IMG/VR virus record: IMGVR_UViG_3300026549_000029
Span: 32,001 to 96,000 of that record
Length of the DNA stretch: 64,000 bases
Origin: a virus
Lineage: Duplodnaviria > Caudoviricetes
Reading direction: 5' to 3' (one strand)
Shown here: in pieces, positions 58,824-64,000 of the stretch
How the letters are laid out: every line of letters starts with the position of its first letter
How positions within the stretch are numbered: position 1 is the stretch's first letter
Position numbers and translations under genes: made by a program
The notes under the pieces: generated by a model
The model's input: only the letters and a program-made list of their open reading frames with translations
The model's database searches: none
What the model was told of the DNA's origin: nothing

Positions 58824-61800
58824 ATGGCCAAAGAGATTTTATCCTATGAAAATGACATAGCAAATAGATCTACTGAGGTTGATAGAAATAGTTCTATTGC
58901 TACGGAATATAATGTATTATCGGGTCATATATTTCAGGATGCTATAACTAGAGAACCATTGGTTGGTACTATGCCTGATAATGGTTATATACATGAAACA
59001 CTAGAACCTAGTACAAATGAAGAATTATCTTATTATGTAATTCCAGAAGGTTATCATAATGGTTCTGGAATGATAATAGCACCAAAAATATCAGATTATA
59101 CTTTTGGTACTGCTACTGAAGAAGATATTGCTTATGGTAAAACTGCTTGGGTTAATGGTGAAAAAATAGTTGGTACTTTAGATGTAAGATCTAATGCTCA
59201 AGAAGGTAATGCTACTAGTGAAGATTTGTTATCAAGCAAAGTAGCATGGGTTAATGGAGAAAGAATTGTAGGTAATATTCCTTATCTATATAGAGTAGAT
59301 AAGACTTTATTACCTGGAGAATCTTATATTATTCCATATGGTTTTTCTTCTGGTGATTCTATAGTAACAGCTGCTGATTTATCTACACAAACTACTGGTG
59401 ATGCTACTGCAGAAGATATTGCTTATGGTAAAACTGTATGGGTTAATGGAGAAAAAATAGTTGGTACTTATAGAACAGATGAAGCTATAAGAGAATGGTT
59501 ATCTGAAGCTACTGTAGAAAGAGAAAATGTATTAGAAGGAGCTAAATTCTATTCTACTTTATATAATTCTGTAGTAGAAGGTACTATGATTGATCATTCC
59601 GGTGAGGAATCTAGAGTATTATCAAACGGTGAAGTATTTTATATTCCTGCTGGATATTATAATGGCTTAACTTCTATTGAGGTTGTAAAAATAGGCAATG
59701 TAACTGTAGCTAATATGGAAGCAGATGATTTGATTGCTGGTAAAACAGCTTGGGCCAATGGTGTTAAAGTTACTGGTACTATGCCTAAAATTGAAAATAT
59801 AAATGCTATAGTGGCATGTGATGAAGTATATACTATTCCTATGGGTTTTCACTCTGGAGAAGGTAAAGTTACTGGTAAAAATCTTGCATCTCAAACTCAA
59901 GGTACTGCTATTGATAGCGATATTTATAGTGGTAAAACTGCTTGGATTAATGGTGTTAAAGTTACTGGTACTATGACTGTAAATCCACATATTGAAAAGA
60001 AACTTGAACCTGGTGAACAGTATATGATTCCTATGGGATTCCATACAGGAACAGATTTTATTTATACAGATAGCATAGCAGATCAGACTCAAGGAACTGC
60101 TACTGCTACTAGTATGCTTGAAGGTACTACTGCATGGGTTAATGGAATAGAGATAGTAGGTACTATTCCTGTAATCTCTAATCAAGATATTAGTCTTGAT
60201 GGCGGTGAATCTTACACTATTCCTGCTGGTTATTATGATGGAACATCTATAATTACTGCTACTACAGTATCAGATCAAACTCCTGGTACAGCTACAGCTG
60301 AAGATATAGTAAGTGGTAAGACTGCTTGGGTTAATGGAGTTAAAATTACCGGTAATATTGAATTGACTGGTGATGCAATCTCTGTGCAAGTATTAAAAGG
60401 AAAAACTTTTTATAATACAAATGTACACCAACAGATTACTGGTGAATTAGAATTAACTGGTAATGCTACTGCTGATAAAGTATTAAAAGGACTTAAGTTC
60501 TATTCTGATGATCCATTTACTCAATTAGAAGGTACATTAGAATTAACTGGTGATGCAAGAACTGCTCATGTTTTAGCAGGAGAGACTTTCTATACTACCC
60601 ATTATGATTTTAAAGAAACCGGTACTATGATAAACAGAGGAGCTATTGTAAAAGGTTTAACCTCTGGAGAAGTATATACTATTCCTGCTGGATATCATAA
60701 TGGTAATGGTAAAGTTACAGCCCCTTCTATTGAATCTGTAACAGAAGGTACTGCAGTTGCTAGTGATATTATTAAAACTAAAACTGCTTGGGTTGATGGA
60801 CAAAAACTTACTGGTACATTAGAATTAACTGGTAATGCAGCTGCAGAAAATGTATTAATAGGAAAAACTTTCTATTCTACTAATCCTAAAACTAAACTTA
60901 CTGGTACTATGCCAAATATTACAGATACTGATACTGAACTTCAAGCTGCTGGGACTTATGTTATTGAAGTTGGTTATCATAATACTCAAGTTACTATATC
61001 TGCTGCAGATCTTACAGATCAAACTTCTGGCACTGCTACCGCAGCTGATATGCTTGAAGGCACTACTGCATGGGTTAATGGTCAAGAGGTTATAGGTACT
61101 ATTCCTGTAATAGAATCTTTTAGACCTACTATTAGTGCAGGAGATTCTTATACTATTCCTGTTGGATATCATGATGGAAATAGTATAGTATATTCAGAAT
61201 CATTATCTTCACAAACTCATGGAACTGCTATTGATAGTGATATTTTAATTAATAGAACAGCTTGGGTTAATGGTGAACAAGTTACCGGTACTATGCCCGA
61301 TAGAGGAACAGAATCTGTAACTCTTAACTGTGGAGAAACTTATAATATTCTTCAAGGATATCATAGTGGTTCTGGAATTATTTCTGCTAATACATTAGAT
61401 ATACAAACTCCTGGTACTGCTACTGCTGCTAATATATTTGAAAATGAGACTGCTTGGGTTAATGGTGTACAGATTATAGGTACAGTTCCTGTATCTAGTG
61501 AGAATGGAACTACTCTTTATGCCGGAGAAAGTGTATCATATTCTGCTGCATATTATGAGAATGGATTATCTATAATAGCTGTAGATCTTGCTACACAAAC
61601 TCCTGGTAATGCAACAGCTTCTCATATTCTTAGTACTAAGACTGCTTGGGTTAATGGCCAAGAAGTTAATGGTTCTATGACTAATATAGGATCAGAATCT
61701 GATACTCTTAACTGTGGTGGAACTCATATTATTTCTGCTGGATATCATGATGGTACTGGAGTAATTACTGCAGCTAGTTTATCTTCACAGACACAAGCTA

Positions 61801-62666
61801 CTGCTGTAGCAGGAGAAATTCTTAATACAAAGACAGCTTGGGTTAATGGTGTTAAGATTACTGGTGATATGCCCAATAGAGGAGCTATAGTTGAGACTAT
61901 AAATGCTGGTAGTACATATACTATTCCTGCTGGTTATCATAATGGTTCTGGAACTATTACAGCTTCTGATTTGTCTGGACAGACTTCTGGTACTGCTATA
62001 GCAGATGATATTTTATATAATAAAACTGCTTGGGTTAATGGTACTAAATTAACAGGTTCTATGCCTAATATTGGGACTGAATCTGATACTCTTAACTGTG
62101 GTGCTACTCATACTATTTCTGCTGGTTATCATGATGGTTCGGGTGTTATTACAGCAGCATCTCTTGCTTCTCAGACTTCTGCTAATGCTGTAGCTGCTAA
62201 TATATTATCTACTAAGACTGCTTGGGTTAATGGTACTAAATTAACAGGTTCTATGCCTAACGTGGGTACAATAACTAGAACTCTTAATGCTGGTGAATCT
62301 TATACTATAGATGAAGGATATCATACTGGTACTGGTGTAATATCTGCACAGACCTTGGCAGAGCAGACTGTTGGTACTGCTACAGCTGATGATATGTTAT
62401 CTAATAAGACAGCTTGGGTTAATGGAGTACAAGTTACTGGTAATATTCCTGTAAGATCTGGAGCTGATACTACTATTAATGCTGGTGGTACTGTAACAGT
62501 ACCTGCTGGATATTATCCAAATGGATTTATTATTAGAGCTGCATCTCTTGCTTCTCAGACTGATGGTACTGCTACTGCTGGTGATATTGTTATTGATGAA
62601 ACTGCATGGGTCAAAGGTGAGAAGATCACTGGTATTATCGCTAGCGGTGATGATGTTTCTTACTAA
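58824..62666 (+). CDS. long repeat-rich tail-fibre-like protein
   Basis: About 20 repeats of TAWVNG/KTFY...G.MP and YTIPAGYH.G.G. Confidence 0.8.
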   Translation: MAKEILSYENDIANRSTEVDRNSSIATEYNVLSGHIFQDAITREPLVGTMPDNGYIHETLEPSTNEELSYYVIPEGYHNGSGMIIAPKISDYTFGTATEEDIAYGKTAWVNGEKIVGTLDVRSNAQEGNATSEDLLSSKVAWVNGERIVGNIPYLYRVDKTLLPGESYIIPYGFSSGDSIVTAADLSTQTTGDATAEDIAYGKTVWVNGEKIVGTYRTDEAIREWLSEATVERENVLEGAKFYSTLYNSVVEGTMIDHSGEESRVLSNGEVFYIPAGYYNGLTSIEVVKIGNVTVANMEADDLIAGKTAWANGVKVTGTMPKIENINAIVACDEVYTIPMGFHSGEGKVTGKNLASQTQGTAIDSDIYSGKTAWINGVKVTGTMTVNPHIEKKLEPGEQYMIPMGFHTGTDFIYTDSIADQTQGTATATSMLEGTTAWVNGIEIVGTIPVISNQDISLDGGESYTIPAGYYDGTSIITATTVSDQTPGTATAEDIVSGKTAWVNGVKITGNIELTGDAISVQVLKGKTFYNTNVHQQITGELELTGNATADKVLKGLKFYSDDPFTQLEGTLELTGDARTAHVLAGETFYTTHYDFKETGTMINRGAIVKGLTSGEVYTIPAGYHNGNGKVTAPSIESVTEGTAVASDIIKTKTAWVDGQKLTGTLELTGNAAAENVLIGKTFYSTNPKTKLTGTMPNITDTDTELQAAGTYVIEVGYHNTQVTISAADLTDQTSGTATAADMLEGTTAWVNGQEVIGTIPVIESFRPTISAGDSYTIPVGYHDGNSIVYSESLSSQTHGTAIDSDILINRTAWVNGEQVTGTMPDRGTESVTLNCGETYNILQGYHSGSGIISANTLDIQTPGTATAANIFENETAWVNGVQIIGTVPVSSENGTTLYAGESVSYSAAYYENGLSIIAVDLATQTPGNATASHILSTKTAWVNGQEVNGSMTNIGSESDTLNCGGTHIISAGYHDGTGVITAASLSSQTQATAVAGEILNTKTAWVNGVKITGDMPNRGAIVETINAGSTYTIPAGYHNGSGTITASDLSGQTSGTAIADDILYNKTAWVNGTKLTGSMPNIGTESDTLNCGATHTISAGYHDGSGVITAASLASQTSANAVAANILSTKTAWVNGTKLTGSMPNVGTITRTLNAGESYTIDEGYHTGTGVISAQTLAEQTVGTATADDMLSNKTAWVNGVQVTGNIPVRSGADTTINAGGTVTVPAGYYPNGFIIRAASLASQTDGTATAGDIVIDETAWVKGEKITGIIASGDDVSY

Positions 62667-62687
62667 TATTTAGGGAGATAAATAATT

Positions 62688-63260
62688 ATGGGAAATATTG
62701 AAAGAAGAAATATTAGAATTGAAGACTGGGAAGGTAATATTTACTATCCTGAGACGCAATCTGGCTCGTCTTTAGCTGGAAGAATTATAGATTCAGAAGA
62801 TGCTACTACTGATCTTACCAGTGGCTCTGTTACTATTACTGAAGGAACAGTTACTACTGATATTACTGCTAATAATAGTATCGCTATCATGATAGCATCT
62901 CCTGCTGCAGATAAGTTATTATTCCAGACTGCTGTCTCTGGTATTCCTTTTGGAAAAGTAGCAGTAGATATTAGAATCAAATCTAATGTAGTAAGTTCTG
63001 CTAATATTTTTAAAGTAGAATGTTATTATTATGATACTATTGAAGAATCTGAAGGAACTCTTTTAGAGACTAAAACTTTTAAAGGTACTGATATTAGTAC
63101 TGCTAATACTTATAAAAATATAAACTTTATTACAGATTTCTATGGTAATTATAAAAGCTCTGTAACTTTTAAGATTAAAGTAATTGCTATTGGTGGAAAT
63201 GCAGCTACATTATACTTTGATCAGATTGCTATTGCTAAAGCAATGCCTACTATCTCTTAA
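62688..63260 (+). CDS. probable fibre-associated carbohydrate-binding-module-like protein
   Basis: Beta-rich; ends LYFDQIAI; follows the fibre gene. Confidence 0.5.
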   Translation: MGNIERRNIRIEDWEGNIYYPETQSGSSLAGRIIDSEDATTDLTSGSVTITEGTVTTDITANNSIAIMIASPAADKLLFQTAVSGIPFGKVAVDIRIKSNVVSSANIFKVECYYYDTIEESEGTLLETKTFKGTDISTANTYKNINFITDFYGNYKSSVTFKIKVIAIGGNAATLYFDQIAIAKAMPTIS

Positions 63261-63359
63261 GTAATCAAAATGCCACTACTGGTGTTTTCCAGTAGTGGCT
63301 ATTTATAGGTAAAGAAAAACATTAATATAATATTCTGATTCTGTGGAGGATTCATTAAA

Positions 63360-64000
63360 ATGAAAATTCTTTCTGATTCCTGCTTTTATGATAAATCAAA
63401 TTATGAGAAGCCACTATTTGATTATCTATTGGCTGCTCATAGAGTAAATAAAAAAGATGAAAGTTTTAATGATATAGTATATGATGTAAAAAGACAATCT
63501 ATTGCTCCAGTATTAGTAAAGGTTTTATTAAGTAATAAAATAGAATTACTTATTGATCCTAAAGGAGTATCTAGAGCTTTTAAAGTTATATATTCTAGTG
63601 ATCCTAAAGAAAGAAATGGTGGAAAAAAGAAAGTATTTATTGATTGTACTGGAGTTATAGAATATAATAATGGTATTTATACAATTAAGAAAATTAGTTA
63701 TCTAGTTTCTTATTTAGTAACAGCTATGACATATATTATTTACTATAATCTTCCTAAAGCTATCCTTTCAAATAGCTCTTTAATGAAATCCTCTACTGAA
63801 GCTTTTGTTGATCTCATGCTTTATGTATTAGGATATTTAAAAGTACCGATTACATACTCAGATAATAAAGAAAGAATGAGCTTTGCATTAGCCGAATATT
63901 ATCAGATCTGTGTTGCTGGTAGAGATAATGGTGAAAATGTCTATAATCTAGCTAAGAATATATCTGGTATTAAAGAAAAGAGAATATGTGATAATATTCA
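63360..64000 (+). CDS. 3'-truncated late-promoter gene, unknown function
   Basis: GGAGG RBS, ATG at 63360, open to the window end. Confidence 0.7.
   Translation, partial: MKILSDSCFYDKSNYEKPLFDYLLAAHRVNKKDESFNDIVYDVKRQSIAPVLVKVLLSNKIELLIDPKGVSRAFKVIYSSDPKERNGGKKKVFIDCTGVIEYNNGIYTIKKISYLVSYLVTAMTYIIYYNLPKAILSNSSLMKSSTEAFVDLMLYVLGYLKVPITYSDNKERMSFALAEYYQICVAGRDNGENVYNLAKNISGIKEKRICDNI

Noticed and set aside
57381-62666. Diversity-generating retroelement
   Set aside because: No reverse transcriptase in the window, and repeat differences are not adenine-specific
540-62980. Short antisense or overlapping ORFs in the track (e.g. 540, 14095, 14165, 16663, 34948, 35613, 40119, 56821, 59667, 60855, 62744)
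   Set aside because: They lie in shadow frames of well-supported genes, with no RBS and implausible composition
1-64000. Genome-wide stop-codon reassignment
   Set aside because: Standard-code ORFs are full length and densely packed, and TAA, TAG and TGA all terminate genes; only one internal TAA was seen

Overview
Very AT-rich 64-kb segment of a lytic jumbo phage, most consistent with the AR9/PBS1/phiKZ-type group that carries its own multisubunit RNA polymerase. The host is probably a Firmicute, judged from a CHAP-SH3-cell-wall-binding-repeat lysin and InlB B-repeat proteins. The window holds: a tRNA cluster (Pro, Ile2/Met, Gln, Lys, Leu, two tRNA-like remnants) interleaved with an HNH gene and three long, densely base-paired non-coding blocks; head and virion genes including a prohead protease; RecA/UvsX, SbcD-like nuclease, DnaB-like and Dda-like helicases; a two-subunit type IIA topoisomerase whose B gene is split by an ORF-less group I intron; an RNAP beta C-terminal fragment; a tyrosine recombinase beside an SF2 helicase with 8 near-identical C-terminal repeats; and two divergent repeat-rich fibre genes. 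Main leads: (1) a shared N-terminal 'M(A/G)IF...[LIV]xE' leader on unrelated effector-like proteins, a candidate capsid-targeting tag; (2) a ~720-nt ornate ncRNA in the tRNA array; (3) the repeat helicase with hypervariable positions, bracketed by a duplicated structured RNA carrying an anti-RBS tail; (4) an intron whose splice junction cannot be fully canonical; (5) a MazG-like gene with an in-frame TAA at a probable Gln site, plus a Gln-derived tRNA remnant with a UUA anticodon. All family assignments come from motif recognition by eye; no database searches were run.
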